Source: Kofleriaceae bacterium
GTDB lineage: Bacteria; Myxococcota_A; Polyangia; Haliangiales; Haliangiaceae
Length of the DNA: 64,000 bases
Reading direction: 5' to 3'
Assembly: GCA_041389925.1 (NCBI GenBank)
Contig: JAWKQX010000006.1
Coordinates: forward strand, 279,837 to 343,836
Within the stretch, counting starts at the first letter, position 1. The number at the start of each line of letters is the position of its first letter. Position numbers and translations under genes: made by a program. Under the pieces are notes generated by a model that was not told the origin of the DNA, searched no databases, and saw only the letters and a program-made list of their open reading frames with translations. Positions 1 to 9,456 of the stretch are shown here, piece by piece.

Positions 1-3000
1 GGCACCGAGGCCGGCGTGACCACGCCGAGCGCGGGGACCAACGTGGGCGCCGGCCGCTTCATCCCGGACGCCGATCCGAGCACCACCACCGACCCGTACA
101 ACCGAGACACCGATGACGGCGGGGTGCGCGACGGCGCGGAGGATCCGAACCACAACGGGCGGATCGACGCGGAGGAGCTCGATCCGAACAACCCCGCGGA
201 CGACGTCAGCCCGCTCGACACCGACGGCGACGGCGTGCCCGACGCCGAGGAGGAGGCCATCGGCACCGACCCGAACGATCCGGATAGCGACGACGACGGC
301 GTCCTCGACGGCGCGGAGCCGAGCTTCGCCGACGACAGCGATGGCGACGGCCTGATCAACGCGCTCGATCCCGACTCGGATGACGACGGTCTCTACGACG
401 GCACCGAGCTCGGCGTGACCACCGCCGGTCCGGGCACGGACGTCGCCGCGGGGCACTATGTCCCCGACGCCGATCCGAGCACGACCACCAACCCGCTCGC
501 CTACGACACCGACGGGGGCGGCGTCCACGACGGCGGCGAGGATCTCAACCGCGACGGCGCGGTGGACGCCGGCGAGCGCGATCCGCGGGCGCCCGGCGAC
601 GACACCACGCCGCCGAACGTCGACAGCGACGGCGACGGGCTCCCCGACGCCGCGGAGCTCGCGCTCGGCACGGATCCCAGCGACGCGGACACCGATGACG
701 ACGGCGTGCTCGACGGCGCCGAGGACAACTACGCCGATGACACGGACGGCGACGGCGTGATCAACGCGCTCGATCCCGACTCGGACAACGACGGCCTCTT
801 CGATGGCACCGAGCGCGGCATCGTGACGCCCGGGCCGGACACCGACGTCGGCGCGGGGCACTTCCGCGCGGATGCCGATCCGACGAGCGGCACCAGCATG
901 GTCGATCCGGATAGCGACGACGGCGGCGTGCCCGACGGCATCGAGGACGCGAACCGGAACGGTCGGGTCGACGGGACCGAGACGGATCCGAACGTCGGGT
1001 CCGACGACAACCTCGACGGCGATCAGGACGGCGACGGCATCCGCGACCTCGATGAGGGCGCCGGCGACACGGACGGCGACGGCACGCCGGACTTCCTGGA
1101 CACCGACTCCGACGACGATGGGATCTCCGACGCCGACGAGGCCGGTGACGCCGATCTGTCGACCCCGCCGGTGGACAGCGACGGCGACGGTGTCCCGAAC
1201 TTCCGCGACCTCGACTCGGACAACGACCTCCTGGCCGACGCCGACGAGGCCGGCGACCGCGACGTCGGGACGCCGCCGGTGGACAGCGACGAGGATGGCG
1301 CGCCGGACTACATCGATCTGGACTCCGACGACGACACCATCTCCGACGCCGACGAGGCCGGTGACTCGGACCTGTTCACGGTGCCGGTCGACACCGATGA
1401 GGACGGCACCCCGGACTACCTCGACAGCGACACGGACAACGACGGCCGGCCCGACTCCGAGGAGGCGGGAGACTCCGACCTGAACACGCCGCCGGTGAAC
1501 ACCGACGGCGAGGACGAGCCGGACTGGCGCGATCCCGACTCCGACAACGACGGCGTCGACGACGCGGTGGACAACTGCCGCCTGGTGGGAAACGGCGATC
1601 AGACGGACACGAACTCCGATGGCATCGGCGATGCGTGCCAGGACGACGTGGATGGCGATGGCGTGCTCAATATCCAGGACAACTGTCCGCTGGTCGCGAA
1701 CCCCGACCAGATGAACAGCGATGGCGCTGACGACGGCGGCGACCTGTGCGACGGCGACGACGACGACGACCTGGTCGACGACGAGGTGGACAACTGCCCG
1801 GTCGACGCCAACGCCGATCAGCTCAACACCGACGGCGCCGATGATGGCGGCGACGCCTGCGATCTCGACGACGACGACGACGGGATCGCGGACGCCTCCG
1901 ACAACTGTCCGATCAACGCCAACGCCGGCCAGGAGGACCTCGACGGCGACGGCGTGGGCGACCTGTGCGACCTCACCAACGACCTCGACACCGATCACGA
2001 TGCGACGCCGGACGTCGCCGACAACTGCCCGGAGACCGCGAACCCCGATCAGCGGGACGCGGACCGGGACGGCCTGGGCGACGCGTGCGACCCCGACGAC
2101 GACAACGACGGGTTCGACGACGACCTGACCGTCGCGGGGGGCGGGTGCTCGACCAGCGGGTCGCCGGGCGGCCTCACGGCGCTCTGTGCCCTGACGCTCC
2201 TGGCGCTGCTGCGGCGTCGGCGCCGGCGCGTCGCGGTGACCGCGGCGGGCGTCGCGGGCCTCGCCGTGGCCACCGCCGCGGCGCCCGCGGTGGCGCAGAC
2301 CCTCGCCGAGAGCCAGGACTTCCCAGCCGAGCGATTCCAGCTCTCCTCCTCACGCGATGGCGTGCTCAACGTGGAGGCGGCCACGATCCGCAGCGTCGGC
2401 GCCTGGGACGTCCACCTGTGGCTCGGCGACGCCAACGATCCGATCACGATCTCCCACGTCGACACTAACGGCGACACGCAGCGCGTCGGCTCGCTGATCA
2501 AGAACCGGTTCGGCGGCGAGCTCGGCGGCAGCGTCGTGGTGCTGCCGATGCTCTCCCTGGCCATCGATCTGCCCCTGGTGCTCGCGCAGGATCGCGACAG
2601 CTCCATCTCGGGCGTGTCATCGATGCTCTCGGACCTCGGCGGCGTCGGGCTGGGGGACCTCCGGCTGTCGCCCAAGCTGCGCGTCCTGCACCGGGCGCAG
2701 CACGGCGTGGACCTCGCCGTGCGCGGGCAGCTCACGCTGCCCACCGGGGCGGCGACCAACTATCGCGGCGAGGACGGTGTGAGCTTCTCTCCGTCGGTGA
2801 TGCTGTCGAGCCGGAGCGGCCCAGGGCGCTGGGTCGTGGATCTCGGCTACCTGATGCGACGCGAGTCCCAGGTCGCCGATCTGATGGTGGACGACGAGGT
2901 TCGCTTCCAGGTCGGAGGCGCGTACCGGGTGGCGAAGCCCGCCGAGCTCGGCGCGACGCTCTCGCTGGCGACCGCGGCCAACGACCTCTTCGGGAGCTCC

Positions 3001-4134
3001 TCGCGCAACCACTCCGAGCTCAACGCCGGGCCGACGTTCGAGGTCGGCGACCAGTGGGTGGTGTTCGCGGCCGCGGGGCTGGGGCTGCAGAACGGCTACG
3101 GCACGCCGGACTGGCGCGCGCTGGCCGGCCTGCGCATCGGCCGCCTCGGCGACGAGGCCGGCGCGGATGAGGCCGACGGCGACCGCGATCGGATCTTCGG
3201 CGCCGCCGACCGCTGCCCGGGTGAGCCCGAGGACTTCGATCAGTTCCAGGACGACGACGGCTGCCCGGATCCGGACAACGATCAGGACGGCATCCCGGAC
3301 GTCGCGGACCGCGCGCCGATGGAGCCGGAGGACAAGGACGGCTTCCAGGACGAGGACGGCGTGCCCGATCTCGACAACGACGGCGACGGCATGCCCGACT
3401 CGAGCGATCAGTGCGCCAACGAGCCGGAGACGCTCAACGGCTACCAGGACGACGACGGCTGCCCCGATCAGGCGGATCGCGACGGCGACGGGATCCCCGA
3501 CGCCTCCGACGGGTGCGCCGACGCCGCCGAGGACGTCGATGGCTTCGAGGACACCGACGGCTGCCCGGACACCGACAACGACGGCGACGGCGTGCCGGAC
3601 GCGAACGATCGCTGCCCGCTGGAGAAGGGGGTCGCGGAGAACGCGGGGTGCGTGGACACCGACGGCGACGGCGACGGCGTGGTGGACCGCCTGGACAACT
3701 GCCCCACGCAGAAGGGCGTGATGAAGTACGCCGGGTGCACCTCGGCGCAGGTGGTCACGCTCGACGGCAGCCAGCTCGGGCTCGTCGATCCGGTGTACTT
3801 CCAGACCAACCGTGACGTCATCCAGCGGCGCTCGTATCGGCTCCTCGACAACGTGGCCGCGGTCGTCTCGGCGCACCCCGAGGTCGGCAAGGTGACCGTC
3901 GAGGGCCACACGGACTCCGACGGCGACGACACCTCCAACCTGGAGCTGTCGCAGCGGCGCGCCGAGGCGGTGGTCGCGTACCTGGTCCGCAAGGGCGTCG
4001 ATCCCAGCCGCCTGATCGCCAAGGGCTACGGCGAGACGCAGCCGGTGACGACCAACGCGACCGCGAAGGGACGCGCCACCAACCGTCGCGTGGTGTTCAA
4101 GATCGCCGGGATCGAGTCGCGGAGCCCGCAGTAG
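1..4134 (+). CDS. Very large TSP3 (thrombospondin type-3, DxDxDGxxDxxD) Ca-binding repeat protein with a C-terminal OmpA-like domain. 5' partial, since the ORF is open to the window edge. Internally it carries a MYXO-CTERM-like sorting motif followed by a signal-peptide-like segment, so it is probably a fusion or frameshift of two genes.
   Basis: Continuous ORF 16..4134 with no upstream stop. Dozens of D-x-D-x-DG-x-x-D repeats. C-terminus 'TVEGHTDSDGDDTSNLELSQRRAEAVVAYLVRKGVDPSRLIAKGYGETQP...NRRVVFKI' is an OmpA/MotB peptidoglycan-binding signature. GC3 very high. Confidence 0.8.
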   Translation, partial: GTEAGVTTPSAGTNVGAGRFIPDADPSTTTDPYNRDTDDGGVRDGAEDPNHNGRIDAEELDPNNPADDVSPLDTDGDGVPDAEEEAIGTDPNDPDSDDDGVLDGAEPSFADDSDGDGLINALDPDSDDDGLYDGTELGVTTAGPGTDVAAGHYVPDADPSTTTNPLAYDTDGGGVHDGGEDLNRDGAVDAGERDPRAPGDDTTPPNVDSDGDGLPDAAELALGTDPSDADTDDDGVLDGAEDNYADDTDGDGVINALDPDSDNDGLFDGTERGIVTPGPDTDVGAGHFRADADPTSGTSMVDPDSDDGGVPDGIEDANRNGRVDGTETDPNVGSDDNLDGDQDGDGIRDLDEGAGDTDGDGTPDFLDTDSDDDGISDADEAGDADLSTPPVDSDGDGVPNFRDLDSDNDLLADADEAGDRDVGTPPVDSDEDGAPDYIDLDSDDDTISDADEAGDSDLFTVPVDTDEDGTPDYLDSDTDNDGRPDSEEAGDSDLNTPPVNTDGEDEPDWRDPDSDNDGVDDAVDNCRLVGNGDQTDTNSDGIGDACQDDVDGDGVLNIQDNCPLVANPDQMNSDGADDGGDLCDGDDDDDLVDDEVDNCPVDANADQLNTDGADDGGDACDLDDDDDGIADASDNCPINANAGQEDLDGDGVGDLCDLTNDLDTDHDATPDVADNCPETANPDQRDADRDGLGDACDPDDDNDGFDDDLTVAGGGCSTSGSPGGLTALCALTLLALLRRRRRRVAVTAAGVAGLAVATAAAPAVAQTLAESQDFPAERFQLSSSRDGVLNVEAATIRSVGAWDVHLWLGDANDPITISHVDTNGDTQRVGSLIKNRFGGELGGSVVVLPMLSLAIDLPLVLAQDRDSSISGVSSMLSDLGGVGLGDLRLSPKLRVLHRAQHGVDLAVRGQLTLPTGAATNYRGEDGVSFSPSVMLSSRSGPGRWVVDLGYLMRRESQVADLMVDDEVRFQVGGAYRVAKPAELGATLSLATAANDLFGSSSRNHSELNAGPTFEVGDQWVVFAAAGLGLQNGYGTPDWRALAGLRIGRLGDEAGADEADGDRDRIFGAADRCPGEPEDFDQFQDDDGCPDPDNDQDGIPDVADRAPMEPEDKDGFQDEDGVPDLDNDGDGMPDSSDQCANEPETLNGYQDDDGCPDQADRDGDGIPDASDGCADAAEDVDGFEDTDGCPDTDNDGDGVPDANDRCPLEKGVAENAGCVDTDGDGDGVVDRLDNCPTQKGVMKYAGCTSAQVVTLDGSQLGLVDPVYFQTNRDVIQRRSYRLLDNVAAVVSAHPEVGKVTVEGHTDSDGDDTSNLELSQRRAEAVVAYLVRKGVDPSRLIAKGYGETQPVTTNATAKGRATNRRVVFKIAGIESRSPQ
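2146..2238 (+). other. Internal MYXO-CTERM-like tripartite motif (GGCSTSG Cys motif, hydrophobic helix LTALCALTLLALL, then RRRRRR). It is immediately followed by a signal-peptide-like h-region ending AVA|QT, and by a GTG whose TGA (+1 frame) forms a GTGA overlap at 2236-2239.
   Basis: Translation of 2146-2300 reads CSTSGSPGGLTALCALTLLALLRRRRRRVAVTAAGVAGLAVATAAAPAVAQTL. The TGA at 2237-2239 lies in the +1 frame. Confidence 0.5.
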
Positions 4135-4230
4135 CGGCGCGCGCCTCGGGCGCGCCGCGGTCGGACCTTCGCGACGACGAAGGCCGATGCGGCAGTGGCG
4201 GAGCGGGCGCGTCGCTGCCAAACTAGGCCG

Positions 4231-4989
4231 ATGGTGCGCACCGACCGCGAGGGTCCCGTCACGATCGTGACCCTGGACCGCCCGGCCGTCCGCAACGCCG
4301 TCGACCGAGACACCGCCGCCGCGCTCGCGGCGGCGTTTCGCGCGTTCGAGGCGGACGACACGGCCTCGGTGGCGGTGTTGACCGGAGCCGGTGGGACGTT
4401 CTGCGCCGGCGCCGATCTCAAGGCCATCGCGGAGGGCCGCGGCAACCGGGTGGAGGCCGACGGCGACGCGCCGATGGGCCCCTCCCGCATGCTGCTGTCC
4501 AAGCCGGTGATCGCCGCGATCGCCGGCCACGCGGTGGCGGGCGGCCTGGAGCTGGCGCTGTGGTGCGACCTGCGCGTCGCGGAGGAGGACGCCACCCTCG
4601 GCGTGTTCTGCCGCCGCGTCGGCGTGCCGCTCATCGACGGCGGGACGGTGCGCCTGCCTCGCTTGATCGGGCTGTCGCGAGCGCTCGAGCTCATCCTCAC
4701 GGGGCGGCCCGTGGCGGCGCAGGAGGCGCTGGCGATCGGGCTGGTCCACCGCGTGGTGCCGAAGGGCGAGGCGCGAGCCGAGGCGATCGCGCTGGCACGC
4801 CAGCTCGCCGCGCTGCCGCAAGCGGCGCTCCGGGGGGATCGGCTCAGCGCCTACCAGCAGCACGAGCTCCCCCTGGCGGAGGCGCTGCAGCTCGAGCTGG
4901 ACCATGGGCGGCGCGCGCTGGCGGAGGGCGTCTCCAACGCGCAGCGCTTCGCCGCCGGGGCGGGGCGCCACGGACGCGAGCTGTCGTGA
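4231..4989 (+). CDS. Enoyl-CoA hydratase/isomerase (crotonase family)
   Basis: ATG at 4231. 'VTLDRPAVRNAV...VAVLTGAGGTFCAGADLKA' is crotonase-fold oxyanion-hole region. Length about 252 aa. Confidence 0.8.
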   Translation: MVRTDREGPVTIVTLDRPAVRNAVDRDTAAALAAAFRAFEADDTASVAVLTGAGGTFCAGADLKAIAEGRGNRVEADGDAPMGPSRMLLSKPVIAAIAGHAVAGGLELALWCDLRVAEEDATLGVFCRRVGVPLIDGGTVRLPRLIGLSRALELILTGRPVAAQEALAIGLVHRVVPKGEARAEAIALARQLAALPQAALRGDRLSAYQQHELPLAEALQLELDHGRRALAEGVSNAQRFAAGAGRHGRELS

Positions 4990-5291
4990 TCCGCGCGTCG
5001 GCCCTGCTGCTGGCGCTGGCGCTGGCCACCTCATCGTGTGCGCTGATCCGCGTGTTCACGGGCAACCGCGTCACCGGCACCTGCGACGGCGCCTGCGCGC
5101 ACTACATCGACTGCAAGCCGGGCGCGACCGTCGCCGATCGCCAGCGATGCGATCTGGAGTGCCCGCAGGTATTCGCGGATCGCAGCTCGCTGAGCATGTT
5201 CGAGCGCCTGACTTGCCCCGACGCGGTCAGCTACGTCGACGGAGATCCGCCCACCACTGCTGACACGCGGGTGCCGGCGCCCGCGCGCTGA
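4985..5291 (+). CDS. Small Cys-rich secreted lipoprotein, hypothetical
   Basis: GTG at 4985 overlaps the TGA of the crotonase gene (GTGA). Signal peptide with lipobox 'LALATSSC'. 8 Cys in about 100 aa. Confidence 0.5.
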
Positions 5292-5456
5292 GCCGCTGCT
5301 CCCGAACGAAGCAGGTGCTGCGAGGCGGCGCGTCGCCATGGAGCAGCCGTGGCGAGGGCAGCTCCAACCGCCCGGAACTCTTGCACAGCCAGCCTGGCAT
5401 CGCGCGTGCTTTAGCGGTAGCTCGCCGCGAAACGCGGCTTCGCAACAGGAGGCCTC

Positions 5457-6299
5457 ATGTCCAGTCCCTTGACCATTCGATTCTTTGGCGTGCGTGGCTC
5501 GGTCGCCACGCCGGGTGCGGCGTTCGCGGGCGTCGGCGGCAACACCGCCTGCGTCGAGGTCTCGGCCGGTGAGACGCGCATCGCGCTCGACGCCGGGACC
5601 GGGCTGCGCGCGCTCGGCGACGAGCGGATGCGCGCCGGGCTGCGCGAGCACACGATCCTGCTCTCCCACCTGCACTGGGATCACCTCCAGGGGCTGCCGT
5701 TCTTCACGCCGGTGTACGTCCCGGGGCACCGGGTGAACATCCTCTCGGGGCCGACCGGCGCGAAGCCGCTCACCGAGGCGCTGCCCTCGCTGTTCTCGGC
5801 GCCGTTCTTCCCGGTGGAGTTCGGCGTCGTCGCGGAGCAGATCACCCTCCGCGAGCTGCGGTCCTCGGAGCGCTTCACCGTTGGGGAGCTCTCGGTGACG
5901 ATGGCGCGGCTCAACCATCCGGATCCGGTCTACGGGTTTCGCCTCGAGGCCGGTGGGCGCTCGGTCGTGTACGCCACCGACACCGAGCACTACGCGTGCG
6001 TGGACCCGACGCTCGCGCGCCTCGCGGCCGACGCCGACGTGCTGATCTACGACTGCCAGTACGCACCGGAGGAGTACCCGACGCGGGTGGGGTGGGGCCA
6101 CTCGACGTGGCAGGCCGGCGTGGAGCTCGCGCGGGCGGCGCGCGTCTCGCAGCTCGTGTTGTTCCACCATGATCCGATGCGCACCGACGAGCAGGTCGCG
6201 GAGCTGGAGCGTCACGCGCGCGCCGCGTTCCCCGGCGCGATCGCCGCGCGAGAGGGGTTGGTGCTGGTCCCCGGAGAGGCGGAGCGTGTCGCCGCCTGA
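5457..6299 (+). CDS. MBL-fold metallo-hydrolase (beta-lactamase superfamily)
   Basis: '[17 protein letters not shown]' HxHxDH motif plus downstream His/Asp ligands. 280 aa. Confidence 0.8.
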   Translation: MSSPLTIRFFGVRGSVATPGAAFAGVGGNTACVEVSAGETRIALDAGTGLRALGDERMRAGLREHTILLSHLHWDHLQGLPFFTPVYVPGHRVNILSGPTGAKPLTEALPSLFSAPFFPVEFGVVAEQITLRELRSSERFTVGELSVTMARLNHPDPVYGFRLEAGGRSVVYATDTEHYACVDPTLARLAADADVLIYDCQYAPEEYPTRVGWGHSTWQAGVELARAARVSQLVLFHHDPMRTDEQVAELERHARAAFPGAIAAREGLVLVPGEAERVAA

Positions 6300-6387
6300 G
6301 CCACACGTCGGGGCGCTCGGGTGGGGGATCCCGGCGGCGCAGGTCGACGAGGGCCGGCCTCCCGCACGCGCGGGGCGATCTCGCAGT

Positions 6388-7944
<1,557 letters not shown>

Positions 7945-8018
7945 CGCCGCGCACGGCGCGCGGAGAATCCCGGCGCGCAAATTGGCGAGGTCCCCGAACG
8001 CGCGGTACGGTCGGCGCC

Positions 8019-8582
8019 ATGCTGACGCACGTACGCACCCTCCGCACAGTCGCAGCCACGGTCGCGCTCGCGGCCGCGCCGTTGACCGCCGCGCGCGACG
8101 CCGCGGCGCAGCCCGCAGGCGAGGAGGAGGAATCCGCCAGCGATCGCCTCGAGCGCGGCGCCGAGAAGGGGACGTTCGGCATCGGGCTCTACATCGGCGA
8201 GCCGATCGGCGTCACCGCGAAGCTGTATCTCGAGGATGATCGCGCGGTGCAAGGCGCGATGGGCTTCGCGTTCGCCGGAGACGGCTTTCAGATCCACGGC
8301 GACTACGTGCTCCACCCGTACATCCTCCAGGACAAGGAGGAGTTCACGATGCCGGTGTACGTGGGCCCTGGCGTCAGGTTCATCCAGTACCGCGCGGGGC
8401 GCGACGGCGACCGCTACGTCGCGGTCGGCGCCCGCGCGGTCGCGGGCTTTCTGTTCGACTTCAAGGAGATCCCGCTCGACGCGTTCCTGGAGGTCGCCGG
8501 CGTGATCGAGTACGGCTTCGCGGATCGGGCGGGCTTCGGGCTGACGCTCAACGCCGGCGCCGGCGCCCGCTACTACTTCTGA
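8019..8582 (+). CDS. Small outer-membrane beta-barrel protein (signal peptide, C-terminal aromatic residue)
   Basis: Signal peptide 'VAATVALAAAPLTAARDAAAQ'. Alternating hydrophobic beta-strand pattern. Ends '...GAGARYYF'. Confidence 0.65.
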   Translation: MLTHVRTLRTVAATVALAAAPLTAARDAAAQPAGEEEESASDRLERGAEKGTFGIGLYIGEPIGVTAKLYLEDDRAVQGAMGFAFAGDGFQIHGDYVLHPYILQDKEEFTMPVYVGPGVRFIQYRAGRDGDRYVAVGARAVAGFLFDFKEIPLDAFLEVAGVIEYGFADRAGFGLTLNAGAGARYYF

Positions 8583-8607
8583 CGTCGCGGCTGGACGCGC
8601 GGGGCGC

Positions 8608-9033
8608 TCAGGCCGCGGCGACCAAGCGGAGCAGCTCATCGGAGCGCGCGAGCCCGAGCTTCTGGGCGGCGACCCGGCCACCGCGGACCACCACAAACGT
8701 CGGCACGCTCGTGATCCCGTAGCGCGACGCGATCGCCGGGAGCCGATCGATGTCGACCTCGACGACCGCGGCGCGACCGGCGAGCTGACCGGCGGCGCGC
8801 GCGACCTCGGGCGCGGCCATGCGGCAGGGACCGCACCAGGCAGCGGAGAAGTCGACGAGGATCGGCACGGGCGCCTCGCGCACCAGCTCATCGAAGGACG
8901 TCGCGTCGGCGATCTTGATCGTCGAGGAGGCCGCCGGAAGCGCGGTCTTGCACCGGCCGCAGCGCGCCTCATCGGCGACGCGGCGAGCCGGGACGCGGTT
9001 GGTGGCGCCGCAGGTTGGGCAGGTCCGGTTCAT
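8608..9033 (-). CDS. trxC: Thioredoxin, Trx2-type with N-terminal zinc-finger extension
   Basis: 'CPTCGATN...CGRCK' Zn-finger followed by the 'WCGPC' active site. 141 aa. Confidence 0.85.
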   Translation of the reverse strand: MNRTCPTCGATNRVPARRVADEARCGRCKTALPAASSTIKIADATSFDELVREAPVPILVDFSAAWCGPCRMAAPEVARAAGQLAGRAAVVEVDIDRLPAIASRYGITSVPTFVVVRGGRVAAQKLGLARSDELLRLVAAA

Positions 9034-9074
9034 GGCGACAACCTGGACACGCCGTGCGCCCTGTCAAGGTGCCT

Positions 9075-9300
9075 GCCGTGCACGTGGCGCGTTGCCGTGC
9101 ACGTGGTGCACCGCGGTCCGTGTGTCCCGCCGTGCACCTGGGGCCCGTGGCACACAGGTGCTCCTCGGTGCCCGTGGCACACGTGGCGCACGTGGCACAC
9201 GTGGCGCACGTGGCACACGTGGCGCACGTGGCGCACGTGGTGCACGTGGTGCACGCAGTTCACGCGGTCCCCCACCGTGCACCTGGTGCACGTGGCGCGC
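9075..9300. repeat. Array of 12 or more CACGTG-containing 9-bp units (CACGTGGCG/CACGTGGCA/CACGTGGTG), 9 of them perfectly tandem at 9174-9254. Lies in the divergent intergenic region between trxC and the S8 protease gene.
   Basis: Direct reading: gtggcacacgtggcgcacgtggcacacgtggcgcacgtggcacacgtggcgcacgtggcgcacgtggtgcacgtggtgcacgc, plus flanking degenerate copies at 9082, 9106 and 9282. Confidence 0.9.
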
Positions 9301-9456
9301 AGCACTCGTGCAGGTGGTGTACGGCAGAGCACGCGAGCGAAAAAAACAGCCGCGCTGTCCAATCGCTCCGGCCACTCGCGTAGGTCGAGTTGTCGCGCGG
9401 CCTCGCTCCCTCGCTGGATGAGGCGCGCTTGATGCCACTCACTTTTGGGGGATGCC

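Noticed and set aside
2617-5034. 805-aa minus-strand ORF antisense to the TSP3/OmpA and crotonase genes
   Set aside because: Antisense shadow ORF. Composition dominated by R/A/G/V/L with no domain signal.
9170-9260. Sigma54 promoters (TGGCAC-N5-TTGC) within the CACGTG array, tempting because a sigma54 activator is encoded 1.2 kb upstream
   Set aside because: TGGCACacgtgGCGC has GG-to-GC spacing of 10 rather than 12 and lacks the TTGC -12 element, so it is not a credible -24/-12 promoter.
9075-9300. CRISPR array call for the CACGTG repeats
   Set aside because: Units are 9 bp and contiguous with no unique spacers, and there are no cas genes nearby. This is a tandem SSR/operator-like array, not CRISPR.
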